Origin: an uncultured Bacteroidales bacterium
GTDB taxonomy: Bacteria > Bacteroidota > Bacteroidia > Bacteroidales > GCA-2711565
Assembly: GCA_942491855.1 (NCBI GenBank)
Contig: CALOCL010000025.1
Coordinates: 66,910 to 130,909 of the forward strand
Length of the DNA: 64,000 nt
Direction of reading: 5' to 3'
Part shown: one piece after another, positions 10,805 to 20,311 of the stretch
Layout of the letters: each line of letters starts with the position of its first letter
Numbering within the stretch: the first letter of the stretch is position 1
Made by a program: the position numbers and the translations under genes
Notes under the pieces: model-generated
Database searches by the model: none
Told to the model about the DNA's origin: nothing
Seen by the model: only the letters and a program-made list of their open reading frames with translations

Positions 10805-11491
10805 ATGCAAAGGATTGTTGTACTCAGTGGAGCAGGTATGAGTGCTGAAAGTGGTCTTAAAACTTTCAGAGACCAGAATGGATTATGGAAAAATCATAGA
10901 TTTGAAGAAGTAGCTAGTCCGGTGGCATGGGAACACAATCCTGAATTAGTGCTTGAATTTTACAACCAAAGGCGAAAAAAACTGTTTGAAGTTGAACCCA
11001 ATATTGCACATTATGCACTTGTTAAACTGGAAGATAAATTTGAGGTTCAAATCATTACACAAAATGTGGATGACCTGCACGAAAGAGCCGGATCAAAAAA
11101 CATTTTGCATCTCCATGGAGAACTTAAAAAAGCGCGAAGCACAGTTGATGCAAGTTTAGTTTACCAGATGAACGACTGGGAATTAAAATGGGGCGACCAT
11201 TGTGAAAAAGGATCGCAGCTTCGACCCCATATTGTTTGGTTTGGTGAACCAGTCCCGAATATTTTACAAGCTGCTGGAATAGTCAAACAAGCAGATATTT
11301 TAATGGTAATTGGTACCTCATTAGCTGTATATCCTGCAAACGGATTAATCAATGAAGCACCCGAAGAAAGCCTAAAATATTTAATTGATCCAAACGCAAC
11401 GGAAAATTATCAATTAAAACACTTGAAAATTTTTCGAAAAACTGCCGGTGAAGGTGTTCCGGAATTAGTGAGAGATTTACTTCAGAATTAA
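10805..11491 (+). CDS. cobB: NAD-dependent protein deacylase, Sir2/CobB family
   Basis: 228 aa. GAGMSAESGL.TFR, QNVDDLHERAG and LHG motifs of short bacterial sirtuins. Confidence 0.85.
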   Translation: MQRIVVLSGAGMSAESGLKTFRDQNGLWKNHRFEEVASPVAWEHNPELVLEFYNQRRKKLFEVEPNIAHYALVKLEDKFEVQIITQNVDDLHERAGSKNILHLHGELKKARSTVDASLVYQMNDWELKWGDHCEKGSQLRPHIVWFGEPVPNILQAAGIVKQADILMVIGTSLAVYPANGLINEAPEESLKYLIDPNATENYQLKHLKIFRKTAGEGVPELVRDLLQN

Positions 11492-11494
11492 AAA

Positions 11495-11929
11495 ATGAAA
11501 TCGAGGATTTTAATTATTTGTACGGGAAATACATGCCGGAGTCAAATGGCCGATTATTTTTTAAGGTCTTTTGATTCGGAACTGGAAGTATTTTCGGCCG
11601 GAACTGAACCCGGAAAAATAATTAATCATCGTACGGTAAAGGTTATGGCAGAAGTAGGTATTGATGTTAGTAACTCAAAACCTCGAAAGATAAACTGCTT
11701 TCTTACCTTACCCTTTGATTATGTTGTTACGGTTTGTGATGAGGCTCGAAAAAGATGCCCTGCGTTTTTAGGTATTGTAAAAAACAGATTACACATCAGC
11801 TTTGAAGATCCTGCAATGGCAACCGGAACCGAGAATGAAGTAATGTCGAAATACCGTGAAGTAAGAGATCAAATCAAGGGTAAGTTTTATAATTTTTATG
11901 AACAAATTAAAAAAAACTCTCATGACTGA
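11495..11929 (+). CDS. Low-molecular-weight phosphatase family protein (arsenate reductase ArsC type / protein-tyrosine phosphatase)
   Basis: 144 aa. P-loop ILIICTGNTCRSQMA (CX5R-S), plus a downstream Cys pair VCDEARKRCP reminiscent of thioredoxin-coupled ArsC. Confidence 0.75.
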   Translation: MKSRILIICTGNTCRSQMADYFLRSFDSELEVFSAGTEPGKIINHRTVKVMAEVGIDVSNSKPRKINCFLTLPFDYVVTVCDEARKRCPAFLGIVKNRLHISFEDPAMATGTENEVMSKYREVRDQIKGKFYNFYEQIKKNSHD

Positions 11930-12383
11930 GCACCATCAATATCTCTTATCAAAATGTCAAAAATACTGTAGCTATCAGGAGCGATCAATTTTTGAAGTGA
12001 AAAGAAAACTCTATGAATGGAAAATCCAACCAAAAGTAGCTGATAAAATTATCATGCAGTTGATGGCAGAAAATTACTTAAATGAAGAAAGGTTTGCAAA
12101 ATCATTTTCAGTTGGCAAATTCAGAAATAAAAACTGGGGCAAAAATAAAATCATTTATGAATTAAAAAAGAAACAAATTCCTGAACTCATCATTCAAATA
12201 GGCCTGGCAGAAATTGATGAAGAGGAGTACCTCCAAACTTTAAAAAAACTCATCACTAAAAAAGTAAAGGAGGTAAAAGAAACTGATCCCCGAAAAAAAA
12301 AGTACAACATTGCCACATATGCTATTAACAAAGGATTTTATTCAGGTTTAGTTTGGGACATCCTTAATGAGGAACTCTCCTGA
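11898..12383 (+). CDS. recX: RecA regulator RecX
   Basis: 161 aa helical repeat protein. It has C.KYCSYQERS..EV..KL and NEERFA.SF...K.....WG..KI..EL..K patterns typical of Bacteroidota RecX. The start is uncertain: 11898 overlaps the upstream gene and ATG 11922 is also possible. Confidence 0.75.
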   Translation: MNKLKKTLMTEHHQYLLSKCQKYCSYQERSIFEVKRKLYEWKIQPKVADKIIMQLMAENYLNEERFAKSFSVGKFRNKNWGKNKIIYELKKKQIPELIIQIGLAEIDEEEYLQTLKKLITKKVKEVKETDPRKKKYNIATYAINKGFYSGLVWDILNEELS

Positions 12384-12458
12384 AAGGATTTAAGTTCGAC
12401 CAAAATAATCGCGTAATTTTTTGTAAATTTGTTGTTCAAACGCTTATAATTTTAGTTA

Positions 12459-13548
12459 ATGGCTACACTCGAAGAAATTAAAAATTTAAAGAAAAGGTTG
12501 GATGCTTTGAGGAGGTTCCTTTGACATTGACCGAAAAAATGAACTAATAGCTGAAGAAGAAAAGCTTACCCAGGCATCTGATTTTTGGAACAAACCCAAA
12601 GAAGCCGAACAAATCCTGAAAAAAATTCAAGACAAAAAACTGTGGACATCTGCCTATGCCAAAGGCAATCAAAGCTGGGATGACCTCAGTGTGATTTTCG
12701 AGTTTTTTAATGAAGGTGAAGCCAGTGAAAAAGATGTCGAACAACAATACGAAAACTGTTTAAAAATTGTTGAAGACCTCGAATTCAAAAACATGCTTTC
12801 TGGAGAAGAGGATAAGTTAGGTGCCATTGTAAATATCAATCCCGGAGCAGGAGGAACTGAAAGTCAGGACTGGGCAGAAATGCTAATGCGAATGTATATT
12901 CGCTGGGGCGAGCGGAATCATTTCAAAGTCAAACAACTAGACTTTCAAGAAGGTGATGGCGCCGGAATAAAATCAGTTTCACTTGAATTTGTAGGTGATT
13001 TTGCCTTTGGATACCTGAAAAGTGAAAACGGGGTTCATCGTTTGGTGCGCTTATCTCCGTTTGATTCAGCCAATCGTCGTCATACCTCTTTCGCTTCGGT
13101 TTACGCTTATCCGGTTGTTGACGATAATATCACCATCGAAATAAATCCTGCTGATATTAGTTGGGATACCTTCCGATCCAGCGGACCCGGTGGTCAGGGA
13201 GTAAATAAAATAGAATCAGCCGTTCGTTTGCATCACGAACCAACCGGAATTGCAATCGAATGTCAGGAAACCCGTTCTCAAGGACAAAATCGTGAAAAGG
13301 CCATCCGTATGCTTAAATCTCAATTGTATGAATTGGAACTTCGTAAACAACGCGATGCACAATCCGAAATTGAAGGCAACAAAAAAAAGATTGAATGGGG
13401 TTCACAAATTCGTTCCTACGTCATGCATCCCTATAAAATGGTTAAAGATGTGAGAACAAATTACGAAACATCAAATGTTCAGGCCGTAATGGATGGAGAA
13501 ATAAATGAATTTATAAAAGCGTACCTGATGGAATTCGGAAATAATTAA
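12459..13548 (+). CDS. prfB: Peptide chain release factor 2, requires programmed +1 frameshift at 12519-12525
   Basis: Frame 0 reads ATG 12459 ... [21 protein letters not shown] then TGA (12522). The +1 frame continues [15 protein letters not shown]... in frame with track ORF 12691..13548. That ORF carries the SPF (LSPFDS) and GGQ (GPGGQGVN) motifs. Confidence 0.92.
12510..12525 (+). promoter_or_regulatory. RF2 autoregulatory +1 frameshift site (AGGAGG TTC CTT TGA C)
   Basis: SD-like AGGAGG lies 3 nt upstream of the slippery CTT followed by TGA-C. This is the same architecture as E. coli AGGGGG TAT CTT TGA C. Confidence 0.9.
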
Positions 13549-13564
13549 CTTTGATAAAAAAACA

Positions 13565-13903
13565 ATGTACACCATTTACCATAACCCCCGATGTAGTAAA
13601 TCCAGAGCCGGCTTAGCCTACTTAGAGTCAAAAGGCTACGAATATCAAATCGTAGATTACTTGAAAAATCCTCTTTCAAAATCAACATTAAAAGAAATTT
13701 TAATGAAGATGAACAAAGGGCCTCACGATATTATCCGAACCCAGGAAGCTGTCTACAAAGCTGAGTTTAAGGGAAAGAATTTTAGCGATGAAGAGTGGAT
13801 AAACATTTTGCTAGAGCACCCAAAATTAATCCAAAGACCCATTGTTTCTAAGAATTACAAAGCGCTACTGGCACAGCCCCCAGAAAATATTGACGAATTA
13901 TAG
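13565..13903 (+). CDS. ArsC/Spx/YffB family thioredoxin-fold protein
   Basis: 112 aa. MYTIYHNPRCSKSR N-terminal motif and ...LIQRPIV C-terminal motif of the ArsC (glutaredoxin-type)/Spx family. Confidence 0.8.
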   Translation: MYTIYHNPRCSKSRAGLAYLESKGYEYQIVDYLKNPLSKSTLKEILMKMNKGPHDIIRTQEAVYKAEFKGKNFSDEEWINILLEHPKLIQRPIVSKNYKALLAQPPENIDEL

Positions 13904-13931
13904 TTTAAATTGATCATAAAAAATTAATCAC

Positions 13932-14318
13932 ATGAAAAACAAACATTCCTACACCAATCTATCGGTTTGGCAAGAAAGTCTTGATCTTGTTAAAAGTGTT
14001 TATGTACTAACAAGTGTATTCCCTGAAGATGAAGCCCAATCCATCATCGATCAATTAAAAAGCCGGGTTATCGAAATTCCACTCTGTATCTCAAACGGCA
14101 TGACCACTAAAGATTTTCGCGAAAGAAAAACACAGTTAACTGTTGCCCATCAAAAACTAACAGAAATTGAAACCTTACTAATTATTGCTAACAAACTTAA
14201 TTTTGTCACAGAGGAGGATGTGAATAAATTTAACATATCCAGTCAAAATATCGGTATGCATCTGGATGGGTTAATTATGAAATTTAAAGCCACAGATACT
14301 AAAAAAATGGAATTATAA
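13932..14318 (+). CDS. Four-helix-bundle protein (23S rRNA intervening-sequence protein family)
   Basis: 128 aa. L.VWQ.S..L...VY..T..FP..E pattern typical of this family. Confidence 0.65.
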   Translation: MKNKHSYTNLSVWQESLDLVKSVYVLTSVFPEDEAQSIIDQLKSRVIEIPLCISNGMTTKDFRERKTQLTVAHQKLTEIETLLIIANKLNFVTEEDVNKFNISSQNIGMHLDGLIMKFKATDTKKMEL

Positions 14319-14370
14319 TTTTCATTAATCATATTTACAATCTAATTTTCTAATTAAAATTTAAGTTATT

Positions 14371-15984
14371 ATGCCAACCCCCGAATTTAAGTATCAGGAG
14401 CCTTTTCCATTGGGAAAAGATGAAACGGAATATTATTTGCTCACCAAAGAGCATGTGTCAGTTTCAGCGTTTGAAGGAAAGCCTATCATCAAGATTGAGC
14501 CTGAAGGATTAACAAAATTAGCGAATGCCGCTTTGCGAGACACTTCGTTCATGCTGCGACCCGAGCATGTTAAAAAAGTAGCCGCCATTCTTACAGATAC
14601 CGAAGCCAGTGAAAACGACAAATATGTTGGCCTGACCATGTTACGGAATGCAGAAGTATCGGCAAAAGGAGAACTTCCTTTTTGCCAGGATACAGGTACT
14701 GCAACGATTGTGGCGAAAAAAGGTCAACAAATTTGGACCAACGGTCAAGACGAAAAAGCACTTTCAAAAGGGGTTTATAAAACTTATACCGAAGAAAACC
14801 TGAGATATTCTCAAACCATTCCTTTGGATATGTACAAAGAAATAAATTCGGGAACCAACTTGCCTGCCCAGATCGATATTCTTGCAACAGGTGGAGATGA
14901 GTACAAATTTCTTTTTGTAGCTAAAGGTGGAGGTTCTGCTAATAAAACAACACTTTATCAGGAAACAAAAGCATTGTTAAATCCAGAAAAGCTGGAAAGT
15001 TTTTTAATTGAAAAATTAAAATCACTAGGAACTGCTGCTTGCCCTCCGTACCATGTTGCATTTGTGATTGGAGGAACCTCAGCTGAAACTAATTTAAAAA
15101 CCGTAAAACTGGCTTCGGCTAAATATTACGACGATTTACCAAAACAAGGAAATGAAGGTGGTCAGGCATTTCGAGATTTAGTTTTAGAAGAGAAAATTTT
15201 GAAAGCCGCTTATAACTTAGGAATTGGTGCTCAGTTTGGCGGAAAATATTTTGCTTTAGACATCAGAATAATTCGACTTCCAAGACACGGTGCAAGTTGT
15301 CCGGTAGGCATGGGTGTTTCCTGTTCGGCCGATAGAAATATCAAGGCCAAAATTAACAAAGACGGAATTTGGATTGAAAAGATGGAAGATAATCCAGGCC
15401 GTTACATCCCCGAAGAACTGAGAAAACCAGATGAAAAAGGAGCTGTAATCATCGATCTAAATCAACCGATGAAAACCATGTTGGCAGAACTCACAAAACA
15501 TGCTGTTGGAACTCGTCTTTCCTTGAACGGAACCATCATTGTTGGTCGAGATATCGCACATGCCAAGCTAAAGGACAAAATTGACAGTGGTGAAGGATTG
15601 CCTCAGTACATCAAGGATCACCCAATTTATTACGCAGGCCCAGCAAAAACACCTAAAGGAAAACCTTCCGGATCCTTTGGCCCCACAACTGCCGGACGTA
15701 TGGATTCATACGTTGACCTTTTCCAAAGCAATGGAGGAAGCATGATCATGATTGCCAAAGGAAACCGTAGCCAGCAAGTAACTGATGCCTGTAAAAAACA
15801 TGGTGGTTTTTATTTAGGTAGCATCGGAGGGCCAGCGGCTCTTCTCGCTCAGGAAAACATCACCAAAGTAGAACTGCTCGAATATCCTGAACTGGGCATG
15901 GAGGCCATTTACAAAATCGAGGTAAAAGATTTTCCTGCCTTCATTTTAGTAGATGATAAAGGAAATGATTTTTACAGTATGTAG
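14371..15984 (+). CDS. Class I (Fe-S) fumarate hydratase, fused alpha/beta type
   Basis: 537 aa. [16 protein letters not shown] and C-terminal GPTTAGRMD motifs of Fe-S hydro-lyases. Confidence 0.9.
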   Translation: MPTPEFKYQEPFPLGKDETEYYLLTKEHVSVSAFEGKPIIKIEPEGLTKLANAALRDTSFMLRPEHVKKVAAILTDTEASENDKYVGLTMLRNAEVSAKGELPFCQDTGTATIVAKKGQQIWTNGQDEKALSKGVYKTYTEENLRYSQTIPLDMYKEINSGTNLPAQIDILATGGDEYKFLFVAKGGGSANKTTLYQETKALLNPEKLESFLIEKLKSLGTAACPPYHVAFVIGGTSAETNLKTVKLASAKYYDDLPKQGNEGGQAFRDLVLEEKILKAAYNLGIGAQFGGKYFALDIRIIRLPRHGASCPVGMGVSCSADRNIKAKINKDGIWIEKMEDNPGRYIPEELRKPDEKGAVIIDLNQPMKTMLAELTKHAVGTRLSLNGTIIVGRDIAHAKLKDKIDSGEGLPQYIKDHPIYYAGPAKTPKGKPSGSFGPTTAGRMDSYVDLFQSNGGSMIMIAKGNRSQQVTDACKKHGGFYLGSIGGPAALLAQENITKVELLEYPELGMEAIYKIEVKDFPAFILVDDKGNDFYSM

Positions 15985-16039
15985 AAGATAGAAGACAGAA
16001 TTCAGAAAACAGTATTTTGTTTTTATAAATTTAAATAAG

Positions 16040-16071
16040 GTGGTTGGATAAATTTATCCGGCCACTTTTTT
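16040..16071 (+). terminator. Intrinsic terminator after class I fumarase
   Basis: GTGGTTGGATAAA/TTTATCCGGCCAC hairpin (two G-U pairs) followed by T6. Confidence 0.65.
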
Positions 16072-16179
16072 CTTTAAAGTACTTTATGATTTCATTCTGT
16101 ATTCTCTATTCTGTATTCTAACTACTGTCTTCTTTTTCAATTTTTAAGTTATTTTTGTTTTAAAGTAAAACGAAAAAGA

Positions 16180-17562
16180 ATGTTCCGAACAGAAATAGAT
16201 ACCCTGGGAACCATCCAGGTACCAGCCGAAAAATATTGGGGAGCACAAACCCAACGATCAAAAGAAAATTTCAAAATTGGCGGGCAGTTGATGCCCATCG
16301 AAATCATCAGGGCTTTTGCTTATTTAAAAAAAGCAGCCGCTTTAACCAATCAAGAATTAGGAGTGCTTGAAAAAGAAAAAGCAGATTTAATTGCACAAGT
16401 TTGTGATGAAATTTTAGCAGGAAAACTGGACGAGCATTTTCCTTTGGTTGTTTGGCAAACCGGATCGGGCACCCAATCGAACATGAATGTGAATGAAGTT
16501 ATCGCCAACAGAGCCCACGTTTTGAAAGGTGATAAATTAGGTGAAGGAAAAACCTTCATCCATCCCAACGATGATGTAAACAAATCTCAATCTTCGAACG
16601 ATACCTTCCCCACAGCCATGCACATTGCAGCCTATAAAATGATTGTGGAAATTACCATCCCAGGCATTGAAAAACTCAGAGATACTTTGGCAGTAAGAGC
16701 CAAAGATTTTAACCAAACCGTGAAGATTGGCCGAACGCATTTAATGGACGCCACCCCTTTAACTTTGGGTCAGGAGTTTTCAGGCTATGTTTCTCAGCTC
16801 GATCATGGATTAAAATCCTTAAAAAATACTTTAATTCACCTTAGTGAAATTGCACTCGGTGGGACGGCGGTTGGCACAGGAATTAATACGCCAAAAGGCT
16901 ATTCAGAATTAGTGGCTAAAAAAATTGCAGACTTAACAGGTTTACCCTTTGTGACGGCTGAAAATAAATTTGAATCTCTCTCAGCTCACGATGCCATTGT
17001 AGAAACCTCTGGTGCTTTAAAAACCCTTGCCGTAAATTTAATGCATATCGGTCAAAACATACGATTCTTAGCTTCAGGTCCGCGATGTGGAATTGGCGAA
17101 ATTAATCTCCCTGCCAATGAACCCGGCTCCTCCATCATGCCGGGCAAAGTAAATCCAACCCAAGCCGAAGCCTTAACCATGGCTTGTGCCCAGGTAATCG
17201 GTAACGATGTTGCAATCACAACCGGGGGAATGAATGGGCACTTTCAACTCAATGTTTTTAAACCCATGATGATTTTTAATCTACTTATGTCGACTCGATT
17301 GATTGGGGATGCCTGCACTTCATTTAACGATAATTGTGCCGTTGGAATTGAAGCAAATGATCAGAATATTAAAAAGAATTTAGAAAACTCCTTGATGTTG
17401 GTTACAGCTTTAAACCCACACATCGGTTATGAAAATGCTGCTAAAATTGCGAAAAAAGCCCATGAGGATGGAAGTACTTTGCGCGAAGCAGCAATGGATC
17501 TAGGTCTGGTTACCGATGAACAATTTACGGAATGGGTTGATCCTAAGAAGATGATTGGTTAG
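16180..17562 (+). CDS. fumC: Class II fumarate hydratase
   Basis: 460 aa. [11 protein letters not shown] signature and [11 protein letters not shown] motif. Confidence 0.95.
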   Translation: MFRTEIDTLGTIQVPAEKYWGAQTQRSKENFKIGGQLMPIEIIRAFAYLKKAAALTNQELGVLEKEKADLIAQVCDEILAGKLDEHFPLVVWQTGSGTQSNMNVNEVIANRAHVLKGDKLGEGKTFIHPNDDVNKSQSSNDTFPTAMHIAAYKMIVEITIPGIEKLRDTLAVRAKDFNQTVKIGRTHLMDATPLTLGQEFSGYVSQLDHGLKSLKNTLIHLSEIALGGTAVGTGINTPKGYSELVAKKIADLTGLPFVTAENKFESLSAHDAIVETSGALKTLAVNLMHIGQNIRFLASGPRCGIGEINLPANEPGSSIMPGKVNPTQAEALTMACAQVIGNDVAITTGGMNGHFQLNVFKPMMIFNLLMSTRLIGDACTSFNDNCAVGIEANDQNIKKNLENSLMLVTALNPHIGYENAAKIAKKAHEDGSTLREAAMDLGLVTDEQFTEWVDPKKMIG

Positions 17563-17570
17563 TGTCAACC

Positions 17571-17600
17571 CTTGGAGGCTTTGAAACCCTCCAAGAGTTT
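17571..17600. terminator. Hairpin between convergent fumC and the MBL-fold gene
   Basis: CTTGGAGG-loop-CCTCCAAG followed by TTTT. Confidence 0.55.
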
Positions 17601-17619
17601 TAAAGTAGCACATTAAATA

Positions 17620-18711
17620 TTATTCTCTCCACCAAAAATTGAATTCAGATTTTTTTTTGAGCGAAATAATTTCATTTGGTTTTGGGGTTAATATTTTAAA
17701 AGATTTGTTTTCTGAAGCTTTCAAAAACCTTTCAACAGGTTCAGTCCAGGTATGGGTACTTAACTTGAATTTCCCCCAATGAACTGGAACTACATATTTT
17801 GACGTTACATCTTCAGCTGCCTGAGCAGATTGTTCCGGAAGCAGATGAATGGCTTCCCAATCCAAATTGTATTGGCCGCATTCGATAAAAGCCAAATCGA
17901 ATGGTCCTAATTTTTCACCAATTTCCTTAAAACCATTAAAATAGCCTGAATCTCCGCTAAAATATACTTTTTGATATGTACCTAAAAAAGCCCATCCACC
18001 CCAAAGGGTTGACATGCGATTTGTTAAAGCACGACCCGTAAAATGGCGTGAAGAGGTGAGCACAAGATTTAAATCTTTACTCAATTCGACTTCATCCCAC
18101 CAATCCAAATCAACAATATTTTTGGACTGAACACCCCATTTTTCAAGATGAACCCTTACGCCCAGTGGAACATAAAATTGCTTCACACGATCCTTTAATT
18201 TTTTAATAACCCGATAATCAAGGTGATCGTAATGATCGTGTGAAATTAAAACAGCATCCGTTTTAGGTAAGTCTTCCACTGTCATTTGATTTTCATAATC
18301 AAAACGCTTGGGACCCATCCAGCTAAACATCGAGGCCCGTTTACTAAAAACCGGATCGATGAGCAAATTCATTCCTTCAATTTTTAACAAAACAGATGAA
18401 TGCCCAAACCAACTGAATTTTATTTCTGAAGAATCCATGGTATTAAAACCATCAGCCTTAAAACTTTCAGTTGCAATCGGATTTGTTGGTTCCCGGTTAT
18501 CACCTTTCTTAATAAACTCTTTCATGGTCTCCCATCTTGGTGGGCTCATTTTGGTGATGACCAAATTTTCAAAAACCTTCCCATTAAAATTTGGAGAACT
18601 ATTTAATTTAAGGCGGTAGTTCTTACTAATCCTTCCACCCAACTGTGGGTTAAGAGAATAAATTAAAACTCCAATTATGGTGATTGCAATTACGCTTAAT
18701 AAAAATGTCAT
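17620..18711 (-). CDS. MBL-fold metallo-hydrolase (NAPE-PLD-like), N-terminal membrane anchor
   Basis: 363 aa. ISHDHYDHLD (HxHxDH) metallo-beta-lactamase motif and one N-terminal TM helix. Confidence 0.75.
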   Translation of the reverse strand: MTFLLSVIAITIIGVLIYSLNPQLGGRISKNYRLKLNSSPNFNGKVFENLVITKMSPPRWETMKEFIKKGDNREPTNPIATESFKADGFNTMDSSEIKFSWFGHSSVLLKIEGMNLLIDPVFSKRASMFSWMGPKRFDYENQMTVEDLPKTDAVLISHDHYDHLDYRVIKKLKDRVKQFYVPLGVRVHLEKWGVQSKNIVDLDWWDEVELSKDLNLVLTSSRHFTGRALTNRMSTLWGGWAFLGTYQKVYFSGDSGYFNGFKEIGEKLGPFDLAFIECGQYNLDWEAIHLLPEQSAQAAEDVTSKYVVPVHWGKFKLSTHTWTEPVERFLKASENKSFKILTPKPNEIISLKKKSEFNFWWRE

Positions 18712-18757
18712 TCTTTGGTCTTAATAATTAATTTTAAAGATTAAACTGTCATCTTTT

Positions 18758-20311
18758 TTACTTGATTTGTGGAGCTGGAACTGCTCTTAGACCAACAAGT
18801 CGGTATATAAAAGCGTACTTAACAATTTTATCATTTCTAACAATTGGAATTTCTTTTACTAATTCAATTTTATCAAAAACGTCCTTATAAAATTTGTCGG
18901 GATGATTAAAATCATTACTCATGGTAAGGTAGTAGGCACTCATGCCGAGCTGCAATCCTCCCCTTTCCTCATTAATCCAGGCATACTTGTGTATGCGTTC
19001 CAAATCTCCGAATGCATAAAGATTTATCCCAAGCGGTGTTGCAACATAGTAATCGAGGTGAGCAGCAGGAAACCATCTTTGAACAATTATGGTATGCTTA
19101 GTATCTGTGGTATCATCTTTAAGGATTAATTGTTCAAACTCATTTTTCAGCTGATCCCATCCAAACATATCCAGGCTAAAATCTGTCCTGCCTAATTTTT
19201 CTTTCTCCTTGCTTTGATCTAAATTCAATACTCCAAGATTGATTTGAGCTACTCCTAATACCAAAATACCAATCAATAAAAGCATTGAAACAAAAACGGG
19301 CCACGGTATTTTTTTTGTTGTGAATTTTTGAATCAGATAAACAGCCGGGAAAACCAACAAGGCCATGTAAGCAGGACCCGTCCAGTGCGGCAATGTTTGT
19401 CGAAAAAAAGAAACACCCAGAAAAGTCAAGATTAAAGGAATACTTAAAAAAAGCAAAAGATGTTGATATTCTGTTTGAATATTTAATCGGCGACGCAGAA
19501 CAGCGACGAGAGAAATAATTATCAAAGTAAATACGACTGGATTGTTGTAAAGAACCTGTCCAATAACTTCCGTTAAAAAATAATCAAATCTAAGTGAAGA
19601 TTGGGCAGTACTCACTCTTTCACCTTGAAAGGTAAAACTAATAAAATCGTTTTGGAAATTCCAAATAATTATGGGCAAGCTTATGATGATTGTGATGAGA
19701 ATTGAAAAATATAGTTCTTTTGTTCTGAACCATTTTCGTTCGCAAAATATAACGTAAAGCCCAAAACCACCCCATAAAAATACGGCTGTATACTTTGAAA
19801 GTATGGCGAGTCCTATGGCCACTCCTGCAAAAATCAGAAACTTTTTTTGTTGATTAAAGTTGTTATCCTTTTTAACAACCTGAATCAGAAAATACACTCC
19901 CAACAACCAGAAAAAAGTTTGAGGTGCATCCGGTAGAATAAAAATTCCGGCAATTACAAAACAATAAATTGAACTGAGATAGAGGAGTACAGTCATTAAT
20001 CCTGCCTTTTCATTCTTTAAAACTTTTGCAATAAGGTAAATGATCCAGGTGCTGCCCATTGCAAGAACGATGGGTCCAAGGCGAAGAAATAATTCAGAAT
20101 CAAATGTTAGGTTAAGCGTAAAAATTTGGATAATCCATCCAAGCATTGGTGGATGATCAAAATGGCTTAATGCAGGGTAAAGGGCATAGGTCCAGTAGTA
20201 CACTTCATCATTACCTAAATCAATTGAACCTGCAATAATGGCTCTTAAAACTGCCGTAACAAAAATCAGACCTACAACAATTCTGTCATATTTATGCTTA
20301 AGACTCATCAC
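18758..20311 (-). CDS. Glycosyltransferase family 39 (ArnT/PMT-like) multi-pass membrane protein
   Basis: 517 aa. N-terminal GNDEVYYW..A (DE motif in the first loop) and more than 10 hydrophobic segments. Confidence 0.75.
   Translation of the reverse strand: MMSLKHKYDRIVVGLIFVTAVLRAIIAGSIDLGNDEVYYWTYALYPALSHFDHPPMLGWIIQIFTLNLTFDSELFLRLGPIVLAMGSTWIIYLIAKVLKNEKAGLMTVLLYLSSIYCFVIAGIFILPDAPQTFFWLLGVYFLIQVVKKDNNFNQQKKFLIFAGVAIGLAILSKYTAVFLWGGFGLYVIFCERKWFRTKELYFSILITIIISLPIIIWNFQNDFISFTFQGERVSTAQSSLRFDYFLTEVIGQVLYNNPVVFTLIIISLVAVLRRRLNIQTEYQHLLLFLSIPLILTFLGVSFFRQTLPHWTGPAYMALLVFPAVYLIQKFTTKKIPWPVFVSMLLLIGILVLGVAQINLGVLNLDQSKEKEKLGRTDFSLDMFGWDQLKNEFEQLILKDDTTDTKHTIIVQRWFPAAHLDYYVATPLGINLYAFGDLERIHKYAWINEERGGLQLGMSAYYLTMSNDFNHPDKFYKDVFDKIELVKEIPIVRNDKIVKYAFIYRLVGLRAVPAPQIK

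Noticed and set aside
10805-11491. Sir2-domain protein as a possible anti-phage defence gene
   Set aside because: It is a short CobB-type sirtuin with all housekeeping motifs, embedded among core genes (mdh, recX, prfB). It has no partner sensor or effector gene.
11495-13903. Two ArsC-like genes as an arsenic-resistance operon
   Set aside because: No arsR, arsB/ACR3 or arsA is nearby. The two genes belong to different families and are separated by recX and prfB, so they are more likely redox or phosphatase housekeeping proteins.
13932-14318. Four-helix-bundle (23S IVS family) gene as a marker of a diversity-generating retroelement or mobile insertion
   Set aside because: No reverse transcriptase, template/variable repeats or flanking direct repeats are nearby. 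Single copies of this family are scattered in many Bacteroidota genomes.
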